The notes under the pieces are model-generated. The model was not told the DNA's origin, ran no database searches, and worked only from the letters and a program-made list of their open reading frames with translations. Source: Longimicrobiales bacterium (lineage in GTDB: Bacteria > Gemmatimonadota > Gemmatimonadetes > Longimicrobiales > Gaopeijiaceae). From it: a stretch of 64,000 nucleotides of DNA. A program made the position numbers and the translations under genes. The stretch lies in the NCBI GenBank assembly GCA_965219445.1, contig CBDCNQ010000005.1, positions 448,001 through 512,000 of the forward strand, written 5' to 3'. Of this stretch, positions 53,501 through 63,100 are shown piece by piece. How positions within the stretch are numbered: the stretch's first letter is position 1; every line of letters begins with the position of its first letter.

Positions 53501-56500
53501 GCTGTATCCACAGCTGCCCACAACCGACCCGTCCTCCTTCTCCACAAGCATCGCAACCAGATCGAACTTGGCAGTGTGACTGTCTGTCGAAACCGACGTC
53601 GCCTCCAGTTCACCCAGCTTGAGCGCTCGCTTCTCCGGACTGCGGAGCGTGAACATCACCTGGAAGACCGGATGATGTGCCAGACTCCGTTCGACGTTGA
53701 GCTCCTCGACCAGCTTCTCGAACGGCAGATCCTGATGCTCGTACGCGTCTAGCGTCGTCTCACGAACCCGTCGCAGCACCTCCCGGAAGCTTGGCTCCCC
53801 CGATAGATCCGTCCGTAGCGCTAGCGTGTTCAGGAAGAACCCGATCAGTCCTTCGAATTCCTCTCGGCTACGGTTCGCGATCACAGTCCCGACGACGACA
53901 TCTTCCTGTCCCGAATACCGAGCCATCAGAACCTTGAACGCCGCCAGCAACACCATGAACAGCGTCGCACCTTCTTCCCGACCCAAAGCCCGCAAACCCT
54001 CCACCACCTCCGCTGGGATATCGAACCGCTCGCGCCCCCCTCGGTGACTCTGAACCGCCGGCCGGGCTCGATCCGTCGGCAACTCCAACAACTCCGGAGC
54101 CCCCGATAACTTCCCCTTCCAGTACGTCAGCTGCCTCGCTAGCTCCCCACCCTCCAACCACTCTCGCTGCCACATGGCGTAGTCCGCATACTGCACCGGT
54201 AGCTCAGGCAATGGTGACGTCGCCGAACCACCCCCGTACGCCTCGTACAGCACACTCAACTCCCGGAACAGTACATCCATGCTCCATCCATCACTCACAA
54301 TGTGATGCATCGACAGAAGCAGGACATGCTCCGAATCGGACAACCTCAATAGCTCCGCCCGGAACAGTGGCCCTCGCTCCAGATCGAAGCCCCACCCCGC
54401 CATCTCCTCCGCCCGCCGCCGAATCTCCTCCTCCAACTCCGCCCCACCCAGACCCGTCAGATCCTCCCGCGGTAACTCCCACCCCCCAGCCTCTCCCACC
54501 ACCTGCCAAGGCTCCCCGTCAATCTCCACAAACGTCGTTCGCAACGACTCATGCCGACCGATCACCTCCCCAATCGCCCACTCTAACCCCCCAACATCCA
54601 ACACCCCAGACAGACGAACTCCCTTCGACACGGTGTAAAACGCATCGCCAGGATACATACGATCCAAAAACCACAGCCGCTCCTGTGCGTGCGAAAGCCG
54701 GGACGGCTCGGGCCTTCTGACCCGAAGGTGGCGGTCGGGGAGGGCCTCATCGTCCCTAGAGTGCCTTCCTCCTTCTCGGATCGTAGCCGCGAGTGCCTCC
54801 AGCGTTGAAAAACGAAACACCACATCGAGCGTTAATCGAATGCCCATGTCCGACCGCACTTGTGCGACCAAGCGCATGGCGCTGAGCGACGTCCCTCCGA
54901 GGAGAAAGAAGTCATCAGTCCGCTTCACCGCCTGCAGGCCCAAAAGATCTCCCCAAACCTTCGCGAGATACGCCTCGAGGGGAGCCAACTCGGAACGATG
55001 GGCAACTTGGGGCCCGGAGGTGAGACCGAGTTCTCGGTCCGCCCACTCGACGAGAGCCTTGTAGTCGGTCTTGCCTCGCTCTGTCGTCGGCAGGCTCGGG
55101 AGCGCAAACACATGAGTGGGAACCATGTAACGGGGAATGAGGCGCACCGCCCAATCCGCCAGGTCAGTCGAAGCAAGATCGAGCGAGACGTCGATGGATT
55201 CGCGATCGCCTAAGCGTACGAAAGCGCAGAGTTGCGGTGACTCGCCACGCTCGCCGACCAAACAAACCCGGACCTCGCGTATCGCCGGGTGACGTTCCAG
55301 TACTCGCTCTACCTCGTCGAGCTCGACGCGAAATCCCCTCAGCTTGACCTGCCGATCACGCCTCCCCAGAAAATGGAGGTGGCCGTCCGGACCGATCGTG
55401 GCCAAATCACCCGTACGGTACATCCGGCTCCCCGGACCGTGCTCCGCGAACGGGTCAGGAAGGAAGCTCGCGGCCGTTGCAGCTGGTGCATTCACATAGC
55501 CCTGGGCGACACCGTGGCCACTCAGATACACCTCCCCCGCAATCCCTATTGCCGTCGGCTTCAGCTCTTCGTCAAGAACATATGCACTCGTGCCTCGGAT
55601 TGGACGCCCGATTGGTGGCGCTTCGCAACCCTTATCCACCTGCTCCATAGGCACTTCGAAGGCGGTGGAATAGGTCGTGTCCTCGGAGGGACCGTAGAGG
55701 TTGAACAACCGCCCCTCAAAGCCAGACCGCCTCAGGGCGATCGCAAGGGTACCGGAAAAAACCTCTCCACAAAGGCAGATCACGCGCAGAGTATCCGGTA
55801 GACCCACCGAGTCGAGTAGTGCTGCCGCTGCAGACGGCACGGTGTTGAGAAACGTAACGCGACCTAGGCTTGGTTCGGCGCCAATATCGAGTGCGTCTTC
55901 TTTCAAGAGAACGCAGCCGCCCATCGAAAGGGTGCCGAAAACCTCGAACACTGACAGGTCAAACGACACCGATGTCGTGGCCAACATCCCCTCAAAGTCG
56001 GCCGGCGAGAACGTGGCCCTGGTCCACTCGAGCAAGGCGGCGAGGCCGCGGTGCTCGATCCCGACACCCTTCGGTTTCCCGGTAGATCCCGACGTGTAGA
56101 CTACATACGCGAGGGCGTTGAGAGACGGCTCCCCCATCGTCGGATCGAAGGTTCCATCGCTCCCGGCAATGAGGCTCTCGAAAGCCCGCCATTCCTGCGG
56201 CTGTTCCTTGCCAAGTTCTTCGATGGTACGCGCTTCGGCTACGACAAGCCGAACAGAGGCGTCGCTCAGAATCGCCCGCACGCGGCTATCCGGCACCTCA
56301 GGTCCGATCGGCACATAACAGCGTTGTGCGGCCAGGCACCCGAGCAGACTCACGATCAACCGATGGTCCCGCGGCAGCAGTATTGCGACAAGGTCGTCCC
56401 GCGACACCCCGGCCGTCAGAACGCCATCGGCGAAGTCAACGGCCATTCCACGTAGCTCGGCGTAGGTAAGAACTCTCGCCCCCGCCTCGACCGCCGGACG

Positions 56501-57949
56501 ATACCCCCACATGCGCGCAGCGGAGTCGAAAGCGCTCCAGCCTGTCATGCCGATGGGCTCGTCCTCGATTACGGCGCCACTCAACCCGCCTTCGCGAAGA
56601 TTGGGTGCGTGAGAGTGCTGCTGCCGGAGCGCCGAGCGGTCGGGGGTTTCGGACATCTGCGTGAAGATCTCTGAAAGCTCTGCCAGAAATGACGCGATCA
56701 ATGCCTCGCCAAGGCACGCTTGGTGTTCGAACGTAACAGTTACTCGAGTACCTAACTCGCGGAAATACACGAAGAGCAACATCTTGGCGTCGGCCGGCTG
56801 CATTGCAGCCACGCGCATCCTGACATCGCCCAAGCCCCGTTGAGGACCGTCTTGCTCCGTCCCCGACTGCATGGCACACATCACCTGAAAGATGGGCGTC
56901 CGGGTCAGGTCCCGAACTCCGGGGAGCTCCTCGACCAGCTTCTCGAACGGCAGATCCTGATGCTCGTACGCGTCTAGCGTCGTCTCACGAACCCGTCGCA
57001 GCACCTCCCGGAAGCTTGGCTCCCCCGATAGATCCGTCCGTAGCGCTAGCGTGTTCAGGAAACTCCCGATCAATCCTTGAAGATCAGGGTGGTTACGGTT
57101 CGCGATCACAGTCCCGACGACGACATCTTCCTGTCCCGAATACCGAGCCATCAGAACCTTGAACGCCGCCAGCAACACCATGAACAGCGTCGCACCTTCT
57201 TCCCGACCCAAAGCCCGCAAACCCTCCATCACCTCCGCTGGGATATCGAACCGCTCGCGCCCCCCTCGGTGACTCTGAACCGCCGGCCGGGCTCGATCCG
57301 TCGGCAACTCCAACAACTCCGGAGCCCCCGATAACTTCCCCTTCCAGTACGTCAGCTGCCTCGCTAGCTCCCCACCCTCCAACCACTCTCGCTGCCACAT
57401 GGCGTAGTCCGCATACTGCACCGGTAGCTCAGGCAATGGTGACGTCGCCGAACCACCCCCGTACGCCTCGTACAGCACACTCAACTCCCGGAACAGTACA
57501 TCCATGCTCCATCCATCACTCACAATGTGATGCATCGACAGAAGCAGGACATGCTCCGAATCGGACAACCTCAATAGCTCCGCCCGGAACAGTGGCCCTC
57601 GCTCCAGATCGAAGCCCCGCCCCGCCATCTCCTCCGCCCGCCGCCGAATCTCCTCCTCCAACTCCGCCCCACCCAGACCCGTCAGATCCTCCCGCGGTAA
57701 CTCCCACCCCCCAGCCTCTCCCACCACCTGCCAAGGCTCCCCGTCAATCTCCACAAACGTCGTTCGCAACGACTCATGCCGACCGATCACCTCCCCAATC
57801 GCCCACTCTAACCCCCCAACATCCAACACCCCAGACAGCTCTATGACGCGGCCAGTGTTGTATCGATCGCTCTCCGGCACAATCTGGTGTAATAGCCAGA
57901 AGCGTCTCTGTGACCACGAGCAGGGAAAGCGGGTCTCTCGTGGCTTCAT
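47528..57949 (-). CDS. Terminal NRPS, C-A-T-C-A-T-C-A-T-TE (Ala-like, Val-like, Thr)
   Basis: Three HHIVSDG, three YTSGSTGxPKG, T motifs GGTS/GGTS/GGHS, TE GWSFGG; hand-read codes DLFNCCLTYK, DALWLGGVFK, DFWNVGMVHK. Confidence 0.97.
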   Translation of the reverse strand: MKPRETRFPCSWSQRRFWLLHQIVPESDRYNTGRVIELSGVLDVGGLEWAIGEVIGRHESLRTTFVEIDGEPWQVVGEAGGWELPREDLTGLGGAELEEEIRRRAEEMAGRGFDLERGPLFRAELLRLSDSEHVLLLSMHHIVSDGWSMDVLFRELSVLYEAYGGGSATSPLPELPVQYADYAMWQREWLEGGELARQLTYWKGKLSGAPELLELPTDRARPAVQSHRGGRERFDIPAEVMEGLRALGREEGATLFMVLLAAFKVLMARYSGQEDVVVGTVIANRNHPDLQGLIGSFLNTLALRTDLSGEPSFREVLRRVRETTLDAYEHQDLPFEKLVEELPGVRDLTRTPIFQVMCAMQSGTEQDGPQRGLGDVRMRVAAMQPADAKMLLFVYFRELGTRVTVTFEHQACLGEALIASFLAELSEIFTQMSETPDRSALRQQHSHAPNLREGGLSGAVIEDEPIGMTGWSAFDSAARMWGYRPAVEAGARVLTYAELRGMAVDFADGVLTAGVSRDDLVAILLPRDHRLIVSLLGCLAAQRCYVPIGPEVPDSRVRAILSDASVRLVVAEARTIEELGKEQPQEWRAFESLIAGSDGTFDPTMGEPSLNALAYVVYTSGSTGKPKGVGIEHRGLAALLEWTRATFSPADFEGMLATTSVSFDLSVFEVFGTLSMGGCVLLKEDALDIGAEPSLGRVTFLNTVPSAAAALLDSVGLPDTLRVICLCGEVFSGTLAIALRRSGFEGRLFNLYGPSEDTTYSTAFEVPMEQVDKGCEAPPIGRPIRGTSAYVLDEELKPTAIGIAGEVYLSGHGVAQGYVNAPAATAASFLPDPFAEHGPGSRMYRTGDLATIGPDGHLHFLGRRDRQVKLRGFRVELDEVERVLERHPAIREVRVCLVGERGESPQLCAFVRLGDRESIDVSLDLASTDLADWAVRLIPRYMVPTHVFALPSLPTTERGKTDYKALVEWADRELGLTSGPQVAHRSELAPLEAYLAKVWGDLLGLQAVKRTDDFFLLGGTSLSAMRLVAQVRSDMGIRLTLDVVFRFSTLEALAATIREGGRHSRDDEALPDRHLRVRRPEPSRLSHAQERLWFLDRMYPGDAFYTVSKGVRLSGVLDVGGLEWAIGEVIGRHESLRTTFVEIDGEPWQVVGEAGGWELPREDLTGLGGAELEEEIRRRAEEMAGWGFDLERGPLFRAELLRLSDSEHVLLLSMHHIVSDGWSMDVLFRELSVLYEAYGGGSATSPLPELPVQYADYAMWQREWLEGGELARQLTYWKGKLSGAPELLELPTDRARPAVQSHRGGRERFDIPAEVVEGLRALGREEGATLFMVLLAAFKVLMARYSGQEDVVVGTVIANRSREEFEGLIGFFLNTLALRTDLSGEPSFREVLRRVRETTLDAYEHQDLPFEKLVEELNVERSLAHHPVFQVMFTLRSPEKRALKLGELEATSVSTDSHTAKFDLVAMLVEKEDGSVVGSCGYSTDLFDSATIERMMGHYGRLLESVVEDVECPIYEMAMLGEDERRQLLEEWNETGVSYPEASVHELFEGQVERTPEGIAVECEGERYTYRELNERANQVAHQLRRLGVGPEVRVGLCVERGMELVVGMLGALKAGGAYVPLDPDYPPKRLAFMAEDSEVEVLLTQRRLVDRVPSLAVEVVYLDREEPIFDTADTMNLQVPVDPENLAYIIYTSGSTGTPKGTLVHHSAIPGFIHENFDLHTDSLELIPEVWAHYSAISWDALTLEVWTPLLRGGRVEIVPPTAEGGISLPNFADALRRGAVTHLWLTASLFNEIVDTAVEILGSLRLILVGGESLSPLHVHALMTEYPDMIVINGYGPSECTVFATCHLIGGEIRNDTLPLSIPIGQPVGDRKCFVLDQWMQPVPVGVRGELYVGGAAVARGYARRAGLTAARFVPDLFGEAGGRLYRTGDLVRWMPKGVLEFHGRVDAQVKVRGFRVELGEVESMISSHPDIKACAVVSDVGGSRGVEPIAFVIPRASGLIDERDLREWLTDRMPSFMIPHGIIIVDSLPTTTTGKVDRRELGWQVEKRLRHANWERSSARYELIESLLVELVREVTGATSLSLSDDFFSVGGTSFTATRLAWRIRDALGVGLPVQAVFEKRTIGAIAALVRKLRTTRVSPRPRLVPRLREAGPTPASYAQRQMFILERLVRGRATYVINNGVRLSGVLDVGGLEWAIGEVIGRHESLRTTFVEIDGEPWQVVGEAGGWELPREDLTGLGGAELEEEIRRRAEEMAGRGFDLERGPLFRAELLRLSDSEHVLLLSMHHIVSDGWSMDVLFRELSVLYEAYGGGSATSPLPELPVQYADYAMWQREWLEGGELARQLTYWKGKLSGAPELLELPTDRARPAVQSHRGTFLHFDYPTLAQPLERLGREEGATLFMVLLAAFKVLIARYSGQEDVVVGSVSSGRIEPTLDPIIGCFVNTLALRTDLSGEPSFREVLRRIRETTLEAYEHQDLPFAKLVEELNVERSPAYNPVFQVMFSMPIASDSVRRLGGAIDLRRTTTSYKSSKFDLQVFVVRNPQGLRGWLEYSTDLFDSATIERMMGHYGRLLESVVEDVECPIYEMAMLGEDERRQLLEEWNETGVSYPEASVHELFEGQVERTPEGIAVECEGERYTYRELNERANQVAHQLRRLGVGPEVRVGLCVERGMELVVGMLGALKAGGAYVPLDPDYPPKRRAFMAEDSEVEVLLTQRRLVDRVPSLAVEVVYLDREEPIFDTADTMNLQVPVDPENLAYIIYTSGSTGTPKGVLIPHGAVAGLFRATDHHFRFDESDTWPLFHSYAFDFSVWEIWGALLHGSRLVIVPFWVSRSATAFGEFIRDEGITIVNQTPSAFMELRNVDGQCDEAFLSGVKYVVLGGEALDVTSTQDWLRERADSDLILCNMYGITEATVHSTLKRLDVKESATRHSAIGRPLPGWTLYVLDGGMQLVAVGVAGELYIGGAGLARGYWGRAGLTAERFVPNPFGERGERLYVTGDRVRWRSDGQLEFLGRFDDQVKVRGFRIEPGEVESVLMGHERVRDAVVVVQEDEEGDRKLVGYVVLEGRADGTGEVRRYLRDRLPEFMVPNYLVALDELPLNPSGKIDRASLPEPTNQRDGLAEYVEPRTRVEKVIAEIWSEVLGVEEIGIHDNFFELGGHSLLAMRVSDLIQARLGASPSLEAFYSSGTVRALAGGLGDTLPVSVGEPPLVVALTTEKIGMASVICPHAVGAGVLSYEALSKLLAKDFNVFGIRATSCESPRFARHGTVEVMARDYVEEIRTRGLADPLNLVGWSFGGVIAYEMALQLEAVKKVVGSLTLIDCRGYVGEQINHVAPIMAIMSDLTGSGFLDKLEGMSPDEQLAVARSELARMSAPESRAERLAVYERNRSAWLQYRPTRFRGDVLFLRASNEPLPTGEEPAPYWQRLIDGSLVIRQVPCIHNEIMKEPFVGAVAEELRTVLVMARQCGSA
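48450..48882. repeat. At least 433-bp repeat of 63568-64000 (A-sub + T N-half)
   Basis: Offset 15118; identity ends just after GGHSLLA and runs off the window end. Confidence 0.93.
49626..50287. repeat. 662-bp near-identical repeat of 52845-53506 (C-terminal C, linker, A up to the A3 motif)
   Basis: Offset 3219; identity ends at GSTGTPKG; a few substitutions. Confidence 0.93.
50817..51400. repeat. NRPS C-domain core cassette, four near-identical copies (50817-51400, 54039-54622, 57264-57838, 62746-63329)
   Basis: Same nucleotide sequence at constant offsets; isolated substitutions only (AGR vs AGW codon). Confidence 0.95.
53559..54699. repeat. 1141-bp near-identical repeat of 62266-63406
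   Basis: Offset 8707; one substitution noticed (HQD/HQN). Confidence 0.93.
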
Positions 57950-59229
57950 GACTCGCGCTTTGAGCTTGTTGACGCGAGATTCTCCGGATCCGAGTCCAAG
58001 CCCGCGCTACTCAAGAGACTCAGAAGGGACAAGGCCTCGAGCGCGGGAGTGGCATACCGCCCATAGCTAGCGAGATCTTCCGTCAAGCGAGGTACCAGGT
58101 CGCGGCGTCCGTCCCGTGCCCACATCGCGAACGGAACAGGTTCGGGGTCATGGGAGGCGCGCCTCGGGCCGGCGGTCCTTGTCCTGTGGGAGCTGGTGTT
58201 CGTGTAATGATCAGGAACGACAACTAGAGTGCCGAGCCGGTCCGGATGGTTTTGGAAGTACCTCACCACGGGTGCCACGACGCATCTGTCGAACCGCTCG
58301 ATCGACCAAACTTTGGCTCTGAAGTCCCCCTCGTGTGCGGCCTCGTCTGGCGCGTTCACATGACACAGGACGAACCGGTAGCCCCGTTTCAGAAGTTCGA
58401 GGGTTTGTCGCCCTTTCTCTACATATGACGTGTCGACGCGTCCGTTGCCGATCTTGTAGAAATCCATCCCTCCGGCACTGCAGATACCACCTAGAAAATC
58501 CATGGCGCCAACGATCGCAGCCGGGGCTGTCCATTCGTGCCGGCTCTCGAGACGGGGCAGCTCGATGTCCTTCGATGGACTCCATGGCCACAAGAAGTTC
58601 GCCCGACAGCCATCAAGCACCTTCGCGACATTATTGCAGAATCCCATCAGCATCACACACACATCTTCTGCGGCCGGACCGTTCGAGGTACAGAGCTCAC
58701 CGAGCTTGGTCCGACACCCCTGCACCTCGTGAGGCTCTAAGAGCCTCAGGTCTGCCGGGTCAACACCCGCACACCGTATTCTGAGCAGACAGCGGTAATC
58801 GCTCATATGGAGGAGGGCTATGCGGGGATACGTCTCTCTGACGCGATCGCAGACCTTATCCACCAGCGCCGACGCTTCGCCTGTGCCTATGGCATGGGCA
58901 CTGAAACTGGCGAGCCGCCCTGCGCGCAGATGACAGAGATTCGCTCGAAACACCAGTTCTTGCGGCTCTGGCACCAAGCCCATTCCACGTAGCTCCATCG
59001 CTGCTCGCCCGCCAGGATTGTACCTGCGCGGATCCCAGCCTAAGAGGGCAAGATGTGCCGTCAGACTTCCATGGTCGACGCCAGAGTAAAGTGTCTTTAT
59101 GCGACCGACCACCCCACTGGACGCTATGGTGTCGATCCATCTCGTTTTGGCAGCCGCGAGCGGCGTTAATAGAGATTCACGTACCCGGTCCGCAGCCCCA
59201 TCGGGTACGAGGACCACATGCTGCCTCAT
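57946..59229 (-). CDS. ApgM-type cofactor-independent phosphoglycerate mutase-like metalloenzyme
   Basis: VPDGAAD, TPL, GS catalytic Ser, GWDP, GRA, FRAN, PDEAAHEGD, PDHYT, HDPEPVPF; ATGA overlaps on both sides. Confidence 0.85.
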   Translation of the reverse strand: MRQHVVLVPDGAADRVRESLLTPLAAAKTRWIDTIASSGVVGRIKTLYSGVDHGSLTAHLALLGWDPRRYNPGGRAAMELRGMGLVPEPQELVFRANLCHLRAGRLASFSAHAIGTGEASALVDKVCDRVRETYPRIALLHMSDYRCLLRIRCAGVDPADLRLLEPHEVQGCRTKLGELCTSNGPAAEDVCVMLMGFCNNVAKVLDGCRANFLWPWSPSKDIELPRLESRHEWTAPAAIVGAMDFLGGICSAGGMDFYKIGNGRVDTSYVEKGRQTLELLKRGYRFVLCHVNAPDEAAHEGDFRAKVWSIERFDRCVVAPVVRYFQNHPDRLGTLVVVPDHYTNTSSHRTRTAGPRRASHDPEPVPFAMWARDGRRDLVPRLTEDLASYGRYATPALEALSLLSLLSSAGLDSDPENLASTSSKRES

Positions 59230-60164
59230 GATCGGGGCGAGGTTGTGCGCAACCGGCTCCTGTACTCCTCCAAGGTCGCCATACCCTTCCAGCCGGCGTC
59301 ACCCGAAATGGCGACAACACACGCCGCCTCGTCCCCAAGCTCATTGGCCAATTCCGTTGCAATGGCCGCCACTCCTCCCGTTTGGATTCCACAGAACATA
59401 CCTTCGCCCTTGAGGCACTCACACCAGTCGCTAGCCTCCTGCCACCCAACCGAGCGTATCTCGTCAATGCAGCCCTGCTTCTGCGCCTTGGTGATGAACG
59501 GGGTGACGTAGTCGCCGTCATCGAAGCTACCGGTCCCCGGAATCCGGCTGCCCTTCGAAGCCTTGACTCCGACGATCCGAACGAGGGAGGCCCGTTCTTT
59601 GAAGAAGCGCGAGACCCCTGCGACCGTGCCACCGGAACCGAGAGATCCCACGATCGCAGTCACTGCCGGCAAACCTTTAAGAATCTCCGGACCTGTTGTT
59701 CTGTAGTGGGCAAGCGGATTGGCGGGATTGTGCAACTGGTCCAAGAAAAGGACATCCGGAGCGCCGGCAGCCACGTGGTCTCGGCACCATCGGTTCCCTT
59801 CTATCGTGAAGTGTCCGAGTTCTTTGACCTCGGCATCGTAGTAGTCGAGGAGAGTTCGCTTCTCGTGGGTGATCTTTGAACTCACCACTACTTTCGCTCG
59901 TAGCCCGAGGGCAGCAGCAAGGAATGCCATCGAACATGCGAAATTGCCACTCGAGGCATCCAGCAACGTTGCACCGGGACACAACCGGCCGTCCAGCTCG
60001 GCCTCCAACAAGATGGAGAGCGCGGTCCGATCCTTCAGGCTACCGGTCGGATTCGAACCTTCGAGTTTGAGGAACACCCTCGCGCTGCCGGATCTACGTA
60101 GGCCCCGCAGTTCAACGAGTGGTGTGTTGCCGATCAGATCGGCCATGTCCCGCAGGCTCCTCAA
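59226..60164 (-). CDS. PLP-dependent cysteine-synthase-family enzyme
   Basis: IGNTPLVEL, KLEGSNPTGSLKDR, SSGN, HYRTTGPEI, GSGGT. Confidence 0.92.
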   Translation of the reverse strand: MRSLRDMADLIGNTPLVELRGLRRSGSARVFLKLEGSNPTGSLKDRTALSILLEAELDGRLCPGATLLDASSGNFACSMAFLAAALGLRAKVVVSSKITHEKRTLLDYYDAEVKELGHFTIEGNRWCRDHVAAGAPDVLFLDQLHNPANPLAHYRTTGPEILKGLPAVTAIVGSLGSGGTVAGVSRFFKERASLVRIVGVKASKGSRIPGTGSFDDGDYVTPFITKAQKQGCIDEIRSVGWQEASDWCECLKGEGMFCGIQTGGVAAIATELANELGDEAACVVAISGDAGWKGMATLEEYRSRLRTTSPRS

Positions 60165-60194
60165 CGGTGCCCCCCTGACGTGGTCATGATTCGC

Positions 60195-63100
60195 TTAGCG
60201 TCTCCGCCTCAGGACAGGCCTCGCGTGAGCTCTTCCCGGGCCATGTGCTCGGTGACGCTCGACAAGGTTCGCCATCTCCGAAAGCGTAGAGGCTTGAAAA
60301 ATCTGTCGGACGGATAAGACAGTCCCAACGTCTCTCTCGAGATCAGCCAGCAGCCGAATCACCGCAAGTGAGTTGCCGCCCACTGAGAAGAAGTCGGCTT
60401 CCCTGTCTATCGAACCCACGGGCGAGGAAATTGCGCGTGACCAGGACGCCCACAGCTGCATCTCGAGATCTGAGGCTGGACCACATCGCGAGACATCGGG
60501 TTCGCCAATCCGTGCCCGTGCGATCTCCCTGAGAGCCCGTTCATCGCGCTTGCCGTTAGTTGTCACAGGCACCTGCTCGACCTGCCACATGTAGGTCGGC
60601 ACCATGTAGTCGGGCAATCTAGACATAAGCATACGGCGGTGCTCCGTTATGTCGAGTTCGCCCGGTCCGGCCGAGCGAAGAAACGCGGCTAGCTTCGCAG
60701 CTCCTTGACCATCTGTGTCGAGAACGTGGATACAAGCGGCATCGCCGACGGTGGCAGCGAGCATCAGGGCATGCTCTATCTCTTTCAGATCAACTCGAAA
60801 GCCACGGAGTTTGACCTGGGAGTCATGTCGCCCCTCGAAGAAGATCTCACCATCCGCGTTCACGCGACCTCTGTCGCCGGTCACATACATCCGGGTGCCC
60901 GACTCACTCCAGAACGGATCCGGAATGAAACGCTCGGCCGTGGGGCCCGGTTCGCCAGCGTAGCCGCGGGCCAGCCGATTGCCCCCGATGTAGATGTCCC
61001 CAATCATCCCCTCCGGAACGGGGTTCAGATGGCGGTCGAGCACGTATATTGCGGCATCCGTTAGTGGGGCCCCAAGGGGAACGCCGCGGTGCGCGTTACC
61101 CCAATCCAGTTCCGTCCTGATCTCGTACATCGAGATCGCCACGCTGGTTTCTGTCGCCCCATAGTGATTGAAGATCCTTAGATTTGGCGAAACCGCCTTC
61201 AGAGATCTCAACCAACTTCTTTCGGCTGCCTCTCCTCCGATCACCAAGTGATGGTTGGGGAGGGCGTCAGGGTTGGGCGGGGAGCCCAGGAGAGCCTTCA
61301 GATGAGAAGGCACGATCTTGAGACCGCTGATGTTGTAGCACTTCATATACTGGGCGAACGCGCGGCCGTCGAGCGCGATCGACTCCGGCACAATGTAGAG
61401 TGTACCCGCTGCGTAGGCTGCGCCGAAGATTTGGGAAACCACCGAATCGAAGGATAGAGGCTGAACCAACGCGAACCTTGCCCCGGGCTCGACCTGCAGT
61501 CGTTGCAGGAGGCCCTCCACGTACCTTGCCAGCTCAGCATGTGCGATCAGAACGCCTTTCGGCGTTCCGGTGGTGCCCGACGTGAAGATCGCGTACGCCA
61601 AGTTCTCCGAATGGGTCCGAACGGGGGACAGATCGACTGCGGTATCGTGAGCCGCACTCAACCGTACGCGTAGCGAGGGCGCTGGCACCAAGGTCGCATC
61701 CCTCTTGTCAGTCAACACCAAGTCAAGGCTCAGGGTCTCTATCGCTTGTCTGAGCCGAGTATTCGGAGATCGTACGTCCAACGGCACGAAAGCCGCTCCT
61801 GCGCACAGCGTCCCCCAGATCGCGACGATCGCCTCAGCGGACCGATCCATGAGGATCCCTACTCTCCGTTCGGGCCCGAGATCGCTTGCCACCAGTTTGC
61901 TAGCAAGCATAAGCGCTTGTTGGCGGAGTTCCTGATAGGTGAGGCTTCGCCCGGCATCGACTATAGCCAGATCGTCGCCATGTCGTTTCGCTACATCTTC
62001 AAGAACATCGATAGCCAAGCGCATCCCACCGTTTCCGCAGTCGGGGTTTTGCTGTAGTGCGAGAGCGTGATGTTCGCGACGATGGGGCGAGTCCAGGGGA
62101 ATCAACCAGACTGACTCTGAGGAATCTTCCACAGCCGCCCGCAGGACTGCCTGAAAGTGATCCGAAAGCCGGGCTACGGTTGCGGGAGTGAAGCAGTTGG
62201 CATTGAACTCCAGAGTCGCGTGTGTCTTGTCGGCGTTGTTCCGGGAAGTCAGGATTCGGAGTGCGAGATCGAACTTGGCAGTGTGACTGTCTGTCGAAAC
62301 CGACGTCGCCTCCAGTTCACCCAGCTTGAGCGCTCGCTTCTCCGGACTGCGGAGCGTGAACATCACCTGGAAGACCGGATGATGTGCCAGACTCCGTTCG
62401 ACGTTGAGCTCCTCGACCAGCTTCTCGAACGGCAGATTCTGATGCTCGTACGCGTCTAGCGTCGTCTCACGAACCCGTCGCAGCACCTCCCGGAAGCTTG
62501 GCTCCCCCGATAGATCCGTCCGTAGCGCTAGCGTGTTCAGGAAGAACCCGATCAGTCCTTCGAATTCCTCTCGGCTACGGTTCGCGATCACAGTCCCGAC
62601 GACGACATCTTCCTGTCCCGAATACCGAGCCATCAGAACCTTGAACGCCGCCAGCAACACCATGAACAGCGTCGCACCTTCTTCCCGACCCAAAGCCCGC
62701 AAACCCTCCACCACCTCCGCTGGGATATCGAACCGCTCGCGCCCCCCTCGGTGACTCTGAACCGCCGGCCGGGCTCGATCCGTCGGCAACTCCAACAACT
62801 CCGGAGCCCCCGATAACTTCCCCTTCCAGTACGTCAGCTGCCTCGCTAGCTCCCCACCCTCCAACCACTCTCGCTGCCACATGGCGTAGTCCGCATACTG
62901 CACCGGTAGCTCAGGCAATGGTGACGTCGCCGAACCACCCCCGTACGCCTCGTACAGCACACTCAACTCCCGGAACAGTACATCCATGCTCCATCCATCA
63001 CTCACAATGTGATGCATCGACAGAAGCAGGACATGCTCCGAATCGGACAACCTCAATAGCTCCGCCCGGAACAGTGGCCCTCGCTCCAGATCGAAGCCCC

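Noticed and set aside
57946..59229. Phosphonate biosynthesis, suggested by legacy ApgM 'phosphonopyruvate decarboxylase-related' labels
   Set aside because: No PEP mutase or ThDP decarboxylase in the window; cannot be excluded beyond 64 kb
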